DNA of 64,000 nucleotides from Schmidtea polychroa (GCA_044892525.1 CM097885.1:18044001-18108000); one strand, 5' to 3'; counted from the stretch's first letter, positions 9,753 through 21,782 are shown. Numbers and translations: made by a program. The notes: generated by a model not told the origin, from the letters alone.

Positions 9753-9998
9753 ATGCAAGAAGCCTCGGAGATGACATGCAAAGAGTGTAAAACAAGTACG
9801 CAAGAACTAAAACAAAAGTTTCGTAGCATGCAGGGCAGAATAACAGATTTGGAGGAAGAAAACTTCCGTCTGAAAAGGCGGTTGGACCGTTTGGAAATCT
9901 TATTGTTTCAACACGAAGCCGATTTCGCGATGTTTCGAATGAGAGTAGAAGAAATGGAGGAATCGGAAGATGATGGTGAGATAAATCAATTAGACTAA
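9753..9998 (+). CDS. Small coiled-coil (leucine-zipper-like) accessory protein with acidic tail
   Basis: Heptad pattern ITDLEEENFRLKRRLDRLE, CxxC, acceptor-like TTTCAG just before the ATG, AATAAA right after the stop. Confidence 0.55.
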   Translation: MQEASEMTCKECKTSTQELKQKFRSMQGRITDLEEENFRLKRRLDRLEILLFQHEADFAMFRMRVEEMEESEDDGEINQLD

Positions 9999-10451
9999 AA
10001 AAATAAATTATTTAAACGGACCCTGTTGGTGTTTTTTCGTCCTCGAGAAAAAAAAATAATAGTTAAATAATTATAAGTAAATTAACAAATAATCAAATGA
10101 ATAAACAAATTGATATAAATAAATAAGTAAAAAAGTGATAAATTAAATGAATGAATAATAGATAAAAATGAACAAAGTTAAACGAGCAAATAGAATAACT
10201 CAAATAAATGTTGCAAATAATGAAATGACTACCTTAAATGAGCATTAGAAATAAATAATATGGCTGATTAGTAATTAATGAATTAGCATAACTATATAGC
10301 AATGGGTAACCCACTGGGCGAGAGAACAAAATTTTAAATAAGTAAGGAATAATTTAGTAGTAACAAAGACTAATCGCGAAGAGGGACACAATTACCCCAC
10401 CCTTTCTAGCATAAATTAAAAACAAAGGTATGCTGAACATTTATTCAAAGT

Positions 10452-11190
10452 TTATTCGTCATCAGAGTCCAACAGAACGGGACTTTGGATGCCACAGTCC
10501 CATTCCCTGCGTACATTGCAAGGCGGGCGTCGTTCAAACCTACTGCCTGTATCCACACAGGCAAAGGTACGTTTCAATCCCTTTCGACGCGGTGGTAAAG
10601 GGACCCTGAAAAAGAAATTAAAAAAACCTGTTAGTATGGCAGTTAAATAACCATTGCATAACATCGAGATGTTCAAACTTAGGTTCTGGCACAGCCTAAA
10701 ATAGTAAGGGTTGAAAAGAAAAAACGAAATAAATACTATGTAAAACTCCGTACCATGGCGCCCTCGACAAATAATTAGTGCAGGGAAGTAATTGATTTTA
10801 AGAATTACGTAATAAATTAATAAGTATAAATACGGCTAAAATTGTCAGAAAAATACGAGTAGCTGTAATTAGAGGTTTGCTTTTAGTATAAATACAAAAT
10901 CAAAAATCAAAAATATATGACCCAAAACATGAGTGTAGGTAGTTGCATAAACAAATTAACGAATTAAAATTAAAAAGTAAATAAGTTAATTTAATAAGCA
11001 TCAATAAGTTAATTTAATATGCAACACGAGCACTTGCAATCACCGGGGTTTGGCTACCCTGGACAGCGATTGCAAGTGTTCGGTTACTATGAGGGTAGTT
11101 GAGGACAGCATGGTAAAAAGAATCACAAATACAAAAAATAACAAAAGATAGTTAATCACTTACGTCCATAGTAATTGAGGGATGGCGTTA
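10452..11190 (-). CDS. Predicted spliced antisense accessory gene (~67 aa) in the retroelement 3' region
   Basis: TATATAA 11290-11296; GT-AG introns 11191-11242, 10696-11163 (or 10696-10753) and 10606-10651 give an open frame; two AATAAA at and after the stop. Confidence 0.5.
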
Positions 11191-11297
11191 CTAAAATTCA
11201 AAGAAAAATATGAAAAAGAAAAATAAAATATAAAATGCTTACTTCAAGATTGGCAAGACAAAACTAACGAAAAGTGGTAAAGCAGAAACTTATATAG

Positions 11298-11435
11298 AAC
11301 GCTTATCAGTACAGACTACGTTGACAAACTACAGAGTAATTAATTAGAAAGCTTATCAGCACGGCTACGTAAGAAACCACAGGGTAATTAATTATAGAGC
11401 CTATCGGTATCGGCTACGTCAAAAACCGCAGGATA
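11298..11435. repeat. Three ~49 bp imperfect tandem repeats (GCTTATCAG..CTACGT)
   Basis: Direct inspection; GATA-like and ACGT cores upstream of the antisense TATA box. Confidence 0.75.
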
Positions 11436-12629
11436 AGAAAAAATTCATTCGGAATATTAATGTTCATCGCAGATACCTTATCAGGCTGAGTAAACAGTCG
11501 GTCGGTGCGGGGGAGATTAACTTTTTACCATGCTGCGAGCGAAATAAACCAACAAGTTATTAATAACAAAAAAAAAATTATTTTTAAATCATAATATTAA
11601 TAATAATAGTAATAATGATGAAAGGAAAAAAAAAATAATAAAATAAATAAATTACCTTGCAACTGAGAATAAATTAGGCATATATTCTGCACATAAAAAT
11701 CGATTTCCGCAATCAATAAAATAAAAAAAATTTTATCAGTGGTTTATCAAAATAAAAGCACCAGAAAATTCGAGTCACAATGGCTTCCAAAATTCAATAT
11801 GCGCTCCCTAGAAATATTTAAAACCAACCAATTCTGTTATTGGGTTGAGCTAATTTTTGTTCCCGGGTCGATAATAAAATTTGCGGTTGTGTCTGATAAG
11901 TAGAATGACTGACCAATCAGATTGAAATACATTCACCATTGGGATGAATTTTGAAGAAAATTGACACACACATACACGCAAGTGCACTCATTTATAGATA
12001 CACACAAAGAACCCCGATTAATGTACAAGTACCGTGAACTACTTAATCGTAAAGACACACACACAGACAGACACACAAGCATGATTCCAACAAAATATAA
12101 TTTAATTTAAAAATTTTTTTGAAACAACTAAATAACTTTTTATGATTGCAATTTTTTTATGAATTAATTATTCAAATCAAACTTTATTTTCATCTCAGAG
12201 AATTAAAATTTTTATGAGAATTTACGTGGATAATAAAATTAAAACAACTTTTGAATGTTAAATGAATATGTAGACCACATAATTTAGCTAATTGAATGTC
12301 TTTAATTTGGCCATTTTGCTTCAATTTCCACTTTTGTATAAAGAAATTATATTAAATCAATTTCACCTTTAATACTTTTTCAGTGTTCTGTACCTCAGAA
12401 TACTCAAATGAAATACTGTACGACACCATTTTTGAGTAATTCACATTTTGCGATTAAATAGTTTCATTTATTTTTAATTACCTCCTAATGAAGATTTTTA
12501 AGTAAAATAATTTTCACTATGTTTTCAATTTTTTTTAAAATAATAATCTAATTAAAATATTTAATATGAATTAATCATAAAACTTAAATTTTTGAAGAAG
12601 TTTATGTTTCACGTAGATCATCAATTCTT

Positions 12630-12777
12630 AACATTCCTCAATCATTGCTTCTAACTGCATAGCATTCTGGAACCATATATTCATATCTCTAATAAATTCA
12701 TCATTTATTCTGAGAGAGGTTTTAACTACAATAACCTTACCAGACTGTCTTTGGTCTACTCGACCATTTGAAAGATC
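12630..12777 (-). pseudogene. Isolated exon fragment resembling a PCI-domain C-terminus (CSN7-like)
   Basis: After a TTTCAG acceptor: DLSNGRVDQRQSGKVIVVKTSLRINDEFIRDMNIWFQNAMQLEAMIEE. Confidence 0.35.
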
Positions 12778-12874
12778 CTGAAAATGTCTAATATCAGATA
12801 ATATCTTTAACTGTGTTTCGGATCAGAATTAAATAACTGTATCCTGAAAAAAAAAAGGATCAGATAATATCCTA

Positions 12875-12964
12875 AAAATCAATGCCAACAGTAGATACGA
12901 AAGCTGACGTAAAACTATCACCAGCACAACGAAATAAAAATGAAGTTTTCCCAACTGAATTATT
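12875..12964 (-). pseudogene. Rab3-like GTPase exon fragment (P-loop and switch I)
   Basis: [30 protein letters not shown] closely matches Rab3 [26 protein letters not shown]. Confidence 0.85.
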
Positions 12965-13707
12965 TTTAGCATACATTGTTGAACGTCTGGAATAAAATTG
13001 GTGCGTGGTCCGCAAACGGTTAAATTGATTTCTTTCTTTTCTTCACAATGACTTGGTGAAACAGCTAAAAATTTACATCGATATAAATATTATATAACCA
13101 AATTCGGGTGCCATTACAAAATTACCTAAAACAATCGGTCGCCGATAGTTGACTAACAAAATATATGAGGCATAATCAAGTTAAATATTATTTAATAGTA
13201 TATATTACATAAAAGTTTTTATAATCTTGTAAATGAAACCAAAAAAAAAATATTTCTTGCCAAATATTGATTCGATTGATAACATTGATCACATTTGGAT
13301 ATTCAGTCATATTATTTTTACACAAAATATATAAACCTAAATTCAAGTTGCAAAATTAAAATTGAAATCATGTTTCACTACCATTCAAAATACTATCTTG
13401 ATCAATGAACTCTTGGTAATATAAATAATATAAGCCTTGTTCGGTTCGGAACGAAATCAATTTTTCAACATCACTGATAAACTAATTACCAAAAACGGAA
13501 CACGATTTTCCAATAATTAAAATTTTAAACATAATCAGAGTTTTGATCTTGCTTTCTTGATTTTGGAATCGTAATAATCTGATCAGAACTAAATAACTGT
13601 ACTGTCAATCTGAGGGAAATTTCAAATACATATGGGAAATGGCTCAACGAATCACACGAAGAGGATTTATTCGTGCTCACAATTTTTCATTGGACTATAT
13701 TTGCAAA

Positions 13708-14929
13708 ATGATTTGTGGTAAATCTGAATTATGTATATTTGATAGACCATCGCCCCAGGCTGTAATAAAATTTGGGGCTTTTGAGGAAGTTTTTCCTATG
13801 AATTCAATTACCGATAGTAGAAATGATATAGAGTTTTATATTAATGGTTCGCAAACTGAATATTTAGATTTGAACGATACTTTATTGACTGTTCAGATCA
13901 AGGTTGTAGATAAAGATAGAAAAGTTTTGGATGCCAATGCAGATGTAATACCGAACAATTTCCTGTTTCATACTCTTTTTAAATGCAGTGTTGGGATTTA
14001 ATAATATCAAGATTGAGGGTGGAAATAATACATTCATTCACAAGGCATTAATAGAAACTATTTTAAATTACAATTCCGATACTAAAAATACATGCCTTAC
14101 TCCTATGGGTTATGCAGCAGCAGATGATGAAAGAAAAAAGTGGGTTAAAGGCTCAAAGGTTTTCACCATGTGCTCATCATTACAACTCGATTTTATGGAT
14201 CAACCGAAATATTTACTACCGGGAGTTAATGTACATATTAGACTGAAAAGGTCTGATTCTGTATTATCTCTTACTAGTGCAAATGGTGCACCAATATGTC
14301 AATTAGTTGATGCAAAATTATTGGTGAGAAGAGTTAGAGTAGACCCCTTAGTATTAGCTGGTCATCAATTGGGTCTTAATTCAAAACATGCAATTTATCC
14401 ATTAAAAACAAAGGAAATTGTACAATTCGCTATTGCTAAAGGTGCTTCATCATTCTATAAAGAACAAATATTTGGTGACAGAAGAATGCCTAATTTTATT
14501 CTGATAACATTTCAAAGTGAAGCACAATATAATGGATCATATATTGCGTCCAGCTCAATTTTCAAAAACTTTGGTGTTACATCATTGACTTTGTCGAAAA
14601 ATACTGATTATAGAGAAACATATATTCAAGATTTCGAAAATGACAATTACTGTGCGACATATATGCAGAGTATTGTTAGAAATCTGGGTTATTTAGATAA
14701 AAATTTGAATTGTGGAATAACTCTAGAAGAATTTAAAAGCAAATACCCATTTTTTACATTTGTTTCAGCCCCTGATTTTGATTTAAATCAGAGTCAATTA
14801 CCTCAAAATGGAAATTTACGACTGGATATAAAGTTTGCAAAAGCTATTACTGAACCAGTACATGTTACAATATATGGAGTATTTGAAAATGAAATTCAAA
14901 TTACTGCAAATAGAACTGTGTTGGTATAA
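13708..14929 (+). pseudogene. Maverick/Polinton (adintovirus-like) major capsid protein, frameshifted at ~13982
   Basis: KSELCIF N-terminus, IEFYING..EYLDLNDTLL, QPKYLLPGVNVHIRLKR, GNLRLDIKFAK, VFENEIQI. Confidence 0.85.
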
Positions 14930-14956
14930 ATGTATATTGAAACACAAAAAGTTGTC

Positions 14957-15340
14957 ATGGAGTAAGTTTTTTTATACTGTTTAATTTATTAAAGTAGTTC
15001 TGTTCAGGTTAATCGAATTGGAAAACAAATATTGGGAAATGAATTTGTTGGAGTTTTTCCTCTTGATAAAATTCCATATTTGAGCAATAATCAAGCAATA
15101 ATCGTCAATACTCAATCGTCTCATCTTGGTGGAGAACATTGGATAGCTATATATATGAAACCTGGTAATATATTCGTGTTCGATCCTATGGGTTTTTATT
15201 ACCCAGCTTTGTTGATATCAAAACTACAAACAATGGGGAAACCTATCGTGTATAATAAAACTATGTTTCAAAATCCATTGACCCAAACATGTGGTCAACA
15301 TTGTTTAGCTTGGTTGTTGTATAAAAAATTTGATGTTTAA
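14957..15340 (+). CDS. Polinton adenain-like cysteine protease
   Basis: FVGVFPLD, IVNT..GEHW, FDPMG, Q...CGQHC; ATG at 14957 is in frame if 14962-14994 is spliced. Confidence 0.85.
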
Positions 15341-15369
15341 TAAATGTATCCTTTCCTTTGTTGTTGTGA

Positions 15370-15376
15370 TTATTAA

Positions 15377-15416
<40 letters not shown>

Positions 15417-15470
15417 TTTTATTAAATTTATTATTATTATTATTAATATTATTATTAATATTATTATTAA

Positions 15471-15513
<43 letters not shown>

Positions 15514-15555
15514 TTCAAAAATATTATTATTTTAAATTAGGTTTATTATTATTTA
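15370..15555. repeat. (TAT)n microsatellite
   Basis: Direct inspection. Confidence 0.95.
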
Positions 15556-15848
15556 GATAAATATTATTATCATTTTGTCATAAAGACATCACATGCATGG
15601 AGCATGCACAGTGCATGTTAACAAAGGCATGACTAACAAAGGCAGTCACATGAAATTTCAATGTGATTACCAATGCATGCATGCATGTGTAGATGTAATA
15701 TGATTGGTTTCTATGTGTGTGTGCCTAGATTCTCATTGGCTGGGACAGGAAAATATTCATTCTCTTTATAAACATTTACAAATCTAAAATTTGTCACAAT
15801 TTTTTAAATATTTCAAATTCTAAATTTCAACTATTAAAATTTTTCATA

Positions 15849-16400
15849 ATGGCAAAGAATAACAACAACATATTAAGAAGTCTATTGACTAGTGGTAATT
15901 TTATTATTTATTTATTTATTATATTTTATTCTTTATTTTTTAGATGTGTTCGATTGGTATCAAGTTACTGAGGACGAAAGAATTCTGAATGTGGATAAGA
16001 TTTTTGGTAATTTTAATATTTTTACTGTTTATAAAATTAATTTTTCATTTAGATCCGATTTTTATTAGCGATGACGACGATGATGTCGTATTTATTGGGC
16101 AAACTAATGCCCCAGTTTCCTGTAAATTTTTCAATAAACAAAGTAAATTTATTTTATTTTAGTAAATTATTTTTAAAAAACATTTTAGAGTTAAATGTCG
16201 ATTTGGATGCAGATACCACAATTAATAATGATGAGGAAAACAATGTGGAAAATGCCCTCACTTTTATTGAGTAGAATAATGCCCTCACTTCTATTGAGGA
16301 GAATAATGCCTTCACTTTTATTGAGAAGAATAATGCCCTCACTTCTATTGAGGAGGTAGCTGATAATGAATCTGATTCCGACATGGAATCACGATGTTAG
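15849..16400 (+). pseudogene. Spliced acidic low-complexity gene with SIM-like motif and 24-bp repeats; contains an in-frame TAG
   Basis: Exons 15849-15894, 15944-16006, 16053-16142, 16189- joined by 46-49 nt GT-AG introns in one frame; TAG at 16272 inside the repeat. Confidence 0.55.
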
Positions 16401-17356
16401 TATTTATTTATTTTTATATATTTATTTTTATATATTTATTTTTTAAAAACCTTTTAAATTTCTTAAATACTTTTAAACATTTTCTTAAAAACTTATTTAT
16501 AAAAACTTATTATGAAAATGAAGAAAATATTATGATGAAATTGAAAATGTTATGATGACTAAAATGATGAAAATATTATGAGGAAGAAATGATGAAAATA
16601 TTATGATGAAGAAAATGATGAAAATATTATGAAAATGTTTAAAAAGTTGCGATGTACTTTTTTTAATAAACTATGATTGTATATTTATTATCTATATTAT
16701 TTCGATTAGTTTTTAAAAATCAAAATTTTAAAAGTGAAAAAAACCTGACAGTGACAGATTAATAACGTGGGTAAGAATAAAAAAATTAATTCGCTCGCCG
16801 TGAACAAACAACTTAAACTTCTGGTCACTGTAAGCAAAAATAAATCTTGACTATCATTATTTTAGAAAAATCAAATAAAAGTTAAAACTTCAAAAACTGC
16901 ACTTTTTTCTTGAAAATTTGGAAAATATTGTGAAAACGGAAAGACGATAGATTTACATCATCCGGGTCATAGTTAACCAGGAGACGGGAGACTCTCGGTA
17001 AAAACGGGAGAGTTGGCAAGCCTAATATTAATAGTAAAATTGAAATTTCATAAAATTGAAAAGCTCATTAATTGAATTTTAATTAGGGTTCAAATTTTCC
17101 AAAAAAATATTCTTTTATATCAAAAAATGTACACAACATTTAAATTTCACTGACACGACTTTTTATTTAGTTTGAAATTCAAAATTCATTAATTTCTCAA
17201 TTTAAAAATTTTTATGTTCAATATTTTAAAATGTTTGAACTATTTTGACGTAAGTTGTTTTACGAACTCATTAAAATACTATATAACTTAGAAGTTGATC
17301 TACAATTTCAAAATTTTGTATATCAAGGTCACGATTTTTATTGATTAATAAGAAAA

Positions 17357-19114
17357 ATGTCAATTATTTATCAATCGAAAATGCATCAAATGTGCCATAT
17401 TGATCAAGAATTAAAAGATACAATAAAAAAAATTTCTTTTCCATTAATATTTGGTACAATTGGTTATGCGGGATATTGTTACTATCGTAGCAATCGTAAC
17501 AATGCTCAGATTAAAGAAAAGCAAAAGGAATTAAGTCATAAGAAAAGTGAACTGTTGAAAAAACTAAAAGATCTTGGAACTCCAATAAATAATATGGATA
17601 AGATTACGAATTTGAAATTGAGTGATTTACATGAAGCTATTGAAAAAGGAGAATTTACATCACTTGATGTTCTTCAAGCATACCAAGCAAAAGCTCTAAT
17701 AATGGATAAGGAATATAATTTTATAACTGATTTGAATCCCAATGCAGAATTAGATATTTCTCGTGAATCAGTCGACAAGAAAATCATTAACATTCCAATA
17801 AGTGTGAAAGAATGTTTTGTGTTGAAACATTGTGATTGCACTAATGGAATGCTAGATCAAGTTTCTAATCCAGCAAAGGAAGATGAGATTATAATTCAAA
17901 TTTTGAAGTTACACGGATTTATTCCATTTCTTAAAACCAATCTCAGTCAAGGTTGTCTTGCTATAGAATCTTCAAATCCTATATATGGGGAAACGTTAAA
18001 TCCATTCAATAAAGGTCGAACAAGTGGAGGCAGTTCAGGCGGAGAGGGAGCTATATTAGGATGTGGTGCATCGTTGATAGGATTAGGAAGTGACAGTGGA
18101 GGAAGTATTCGTATTCCTTCTCATTATTGTGGGATATATGGATTCAAACCCAGTTCACCAAGGATTAGTAAACGCGATTCCAAATGTATGTTCCCATATC
18201 CAAATTTCGTTTGTGAATCCTATGGGCCAATGGCGCGTCATATTGATGATTTAGTTGCTGTTTATAAAATGATGACAAACAGAGATTCGTTTCAATTGGA
18301 TCCATATTGCCCTCCTATATGCTTTAATACTAATGTTTTCGAAGACAAACGGCCATTAAAAATAGGTTATTATATTCATCTAGGGGGCAGTCAGGTGACT
18401 CCAGTCCCAGCTGTAGAACGGGCGGTTTTGATGGCAAAAAAGGCATTAGAATCAGCTGGACACAAATTGGTGGAATTCCAAATACCAGAGGTTGATTCTG
18501 TAGTATTGGAATTATTTTTGAGAAGTCTATTAAATGACGGTGGTGAAGGTTTCAAAAAAGAATGTTTGAAAAATAATCCCGTTGATCACTGCATTAGAAA
18601 TGTTGTTACAATATTAAAAATACCAAATTTGCTTAAAAAATGTTTAAGTTTTCTACTTTATCCATTCGATAAGAGCTCGAGTATTTTATTGAATGCAACC
18701 ATGGCGATACCTTCCGTTTATAAACTATGGCAATTTAAAGATAGGGTTATTGATTATCGCGAAAAGGTTTTAGTCCACTGGCAAAATGAGAAATTGGATG
18801 GTTTAATTTGTCCGACATTGCCAATATGTGCTCCACCATTACACAAATCTCAAGAGCTGGAAAGTGTTACTACATATACATCAATCTACAATTTACTGGA
18901 TTATCCAGCGGGATCTACACCTGTTACCACCGTAAATCAAAATGACATTGATAGCCTCCTGGCAAATTACCCAAGAGATAGTAAAATCCACCGTAAGATT
19001 CTGGAATATCAAAAGGATTCTATTGGTATGCCCATAGGAGTACAAAGCGTCTCAATGATGTGGCGAGAGGAGGTATGCCTTAGAATTATGAAAGACATCG
19101 CAACAAATATCTAA
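17357..19114 (+). CDS. FAAH: Fatty acid amide hydrolase-like amidase, intronless
   Basis: ISVKEC (catalytic Lys), GGSSGGEGA, GSDSGGSIRIPS, GMPIGVQ, N-terminal hydrophobic segment. Confidence 0.92.
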   Translation: MSIIYQSKMHQMCHIDQELKDTIKKISFPLIFGTIGYAGYCYYRSNRNNAQIKEKQKELSHKKSELLKKLKDLGTPINNMDKITNLKLSDLHEAIEKGEFTSLDVLQAYQAKALIMDKEYNFITDLNPNAELDISRESVDKKIINIPISVKECFVLKHCDCTNGMLDQVSNPAKEDEIIIQILKLHGFIPFLKTNLSQGCLAIESSNPIYGETLNPFNKGRTSGGSSGGEGAILGCGASLIGLGSDSGGSIRIPSHYCGIYGFKPSSPRISKRDSKCMFPYPNFVCESYGPMARHIDDLVAVYKMMTNRDSFQLDPYCPPICFNTNVFEDKRPLKIGYYIHLGGSQVTPVPAVERAVLMAKKALESAGHKLVEFQIPEVDSVVLELFLRSLLNDGGEGFKKECLKNNPVDHCIRNVVTILKIPNLLKKCLSFLLYPFDKSSSILLNATMAIPSVYKLWQFKDRVIDYREKVLVHWQNEKLDGLICPTLPICAPPLHKSQELESVTTYTSIYNLLDYPAGSTPVTTVNQNDIDSLLANYPRDSKIHRKILEYQKDSIGMPIGVQSVSMMWREEVCLRIMKDIATNI

Positions 19115-21774
19115 TGAAAATATTATTTTCCCAATTTTTAGTAATTATTTGAATTATGACTTCATTATTGTTGACTAGTGTGATAACAGTTATTATTAAC
19201 CTATTATTTGTCTATTTATGAAACCTTTAGTATCGTCTGATTTATGATATGAAATACGATGTAAATGTTGCAGTTTAAATTGGTTAGGTTAATTTTATTT
19301 TTTTATCAATGTATGTTTTGTTTTAATCGGTCAATTTAATTGATTTTTTTATCGAAGTGCAAGGACATTTGGAAATGAGGTAATTATATTCCTTGAAACA
19401 TTTAGTAATTCTTTTTAATAAATATTTCCACATCTATAAAATTGTAATTTAGTTTTTATTAATTCAATTTATGTATTTCATTTCTCCCCTTCGGCCTTAT
19501 GGCTAGTATGTATTATTAAAATAAAATTTGATTTTTTTTTACTAATCACTTCTCATAGGCCAATGTCATTCATGATTTACTACCTCGTAGTTTATAATGG
19601 TGACTGTGGGGCTAAAAATGTTTAGCGATTTTATTGTATGAAAGTGAATTCGTCTTTTGAAAATAACAAAATAAAATAAAAATTCGATTCAAAACTTTAA
19701 TCGCATATTAAACATTCGGAGTTACATATACATAAACTAATGCAAATCCTTAGTTCTTTAAGCTAGCACAAATTCAGATAAATTTGGTCTACCCAAAATT
19801 TCAGCATCAAATTGTGACTGAAATGCGTCAGTATTTATAGTCTCATTTTGGTGAGTGAGTATGTCTCAGTGCACTGATTTAGTAAGACAAATTTGAATTA
19901 TTTTAATTCTGATTAATTTTCAATTATAATTTTATAAATTTTGATGGAAATTTTTTATACTTAATTGTTTATTTTATTTTCTGATCTTTATATTTTATTT
20001 AATTTTAATTAATTGCGTCGCCATGATGGATATAGCCATTTTCTAGAATATTCGATGCTACTTTAATAATTTGATTATATAATTCCTATTTCTTTTAATT
20101 CTTACGTTATTTTATTCTAGTTTGTGGTAATTTCATTTCTAAATTTTTATATTTTTACTTAACTTCAACTAACTTTTGGCGGCCATGATGGATTTCACCA
20201 TTTTCATAGAATATTCTAGCATTTCCTATCATTTCAAATATAATTTTGACTCCTAATTCACCTTTTAATAATAAATCTTTTCCGTTTTCATTCCTACTTT
20301 CTTTTATCGACACTGTTTCACATTGGTTTACTTCTGTTGTGCCTATGTTATTTTGTATCTGTTGAGGTTCTCAAATCTCAACTTGATATTTTCTATATAA
20401 ATAAGAACACAAACACTGGTTCTATAAATTTATTTGATTATCACAATTACAAATTATATAATATAAAATTAACAATCACCTCAAAATTATCAGAATTTTT
20501 ATATATATATGTATATGCGTGTGTATGTGTATGTGTATGTGAATGCTTGCAGCTTCCTGAGCTCGGATGTGTAAAATAGGTATGCTCTAAATTACATTGC
20601 AATATTGATTTCTGAATTTGCAATTCTTCTTGGAAGCTTTTATTTTTTGGGTGCTTTGACTGACTAAGTCGACTTATATATAAAATCCCTGTTGACACTC
20701 TATTTCTAATGTCAATACTGATAAAGTTCTGATAAAATCGATAGAATTTCTGTTTTAAAAGTGCAGATTTTAATTGTTACTATTTTTGGAATTATCCCTT
20801 TGTCCAGCATCTTTAATGTATTTTTGTTTCTCATTGATATAAAACAATTAATCAATAAGTATTCCTAATAATTCAATAAAAGATTCAAACTATATGTTGA
20901 TTTGAACAATGTCAAAATAATTTTCATTGTATTCGATTTTGTATGTCTTCATGATATTTTATTAAATAATCAAATAATTTTTGTAATTTATCATCAGATA
21001 AGGGGGTTGTTTTTAGCTGAAATTCTTAGTTTTTTCAAATTGGCATATGTACTAGAAATTTCTATTGTAATTTGTTTTGCGGCATTTGTAAAATTAGCTC
21101 TCTGTTCAATTAACTGCTGACGCTAAGATTTAATTGAACTTTTATTTGGAATGAGACTCTTACTCTTTTCTGTCATATCGATGACTTGAGCTCCTTCATT
21201 GGCATCAACAACAACAAACTATTAAAAGTGAAATTATTAATTTCGACATTTATTTGATATTTATTGACTTACAAAAATTTCAACACTAAATACACCCGTT
21301 TGCGAAATATAACAGCCTATAATCTAAAAAAAAATCAATAAATATATATTATAGGAACACACAAACTTACCTGTGTGTAAAAATTTAATGCTGCGAAAGT
21401 TAACATATTTATTATAGGAATCTAAAAAGTGAGAGAAAATCATTTAGCATACAAACACAGCACACATAATGAAAAATACATACAAAATTAATAAAGTGTT
21501 TTTTTCGCGAAATTAACATTGATTAACATATAATTAACATATTAATATTTTCAAATTATTTAAAAAATTATGCACAAAAAAACTTTTCAATCAGTTTCCG
21601 ACTGCTCTACCTTGAGCTTTAGAGAAAAAGAAGAAAATACATCATAAGATTTAATTATAAAATAATTTAGAATATAAAATTTCTTTAGATTTACAGATAT
21701 TGAAGAATGTCCTTCGACATCTTTGAATTTGCAGGAAAAAAATCGCAAATCGTAGCACTGCTTCCATGCCAATA

Positions 21775-21782
21775 ATAATCAC

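Larger units (their letters stand above)
1..11700 (+). mobile_element. Giant Ty3/Gypsy (Metaviridae) LTR retroelement with env-like and accessory domains; 3' LTR not seen, right boundary approximate
   Basis: PBS, gag CCHC knuckles, PR-RT-RH-IN order, A-rich sense strand continuing to ~11.7 kb; no second copy of 1-274 seen in the window. Confidence 0.9.

Noticed and set aside
15261..15518. Poly-Ile/Asn and YIYI ORFs (also 24548, 29607, 29673 and their copies)
   Set aside because: Translations of microsatellites
16244..16355. CRISPR-like array
   Set aside because: Contiguous 24-bp coding tandem repeats with no spacers, in a eukaryotic context
16975..17024. hAT-like transposon end (GGGAGA repeats, GTTGGCAAGCCTA)
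   Set aside because: Only one end visible; no partner TIR or TSD
20500..21430. Minus-strand multi-exon gene suggested by GT-AG bounded segments
   Set aside because: Could not assemble an open frame or recognise a product
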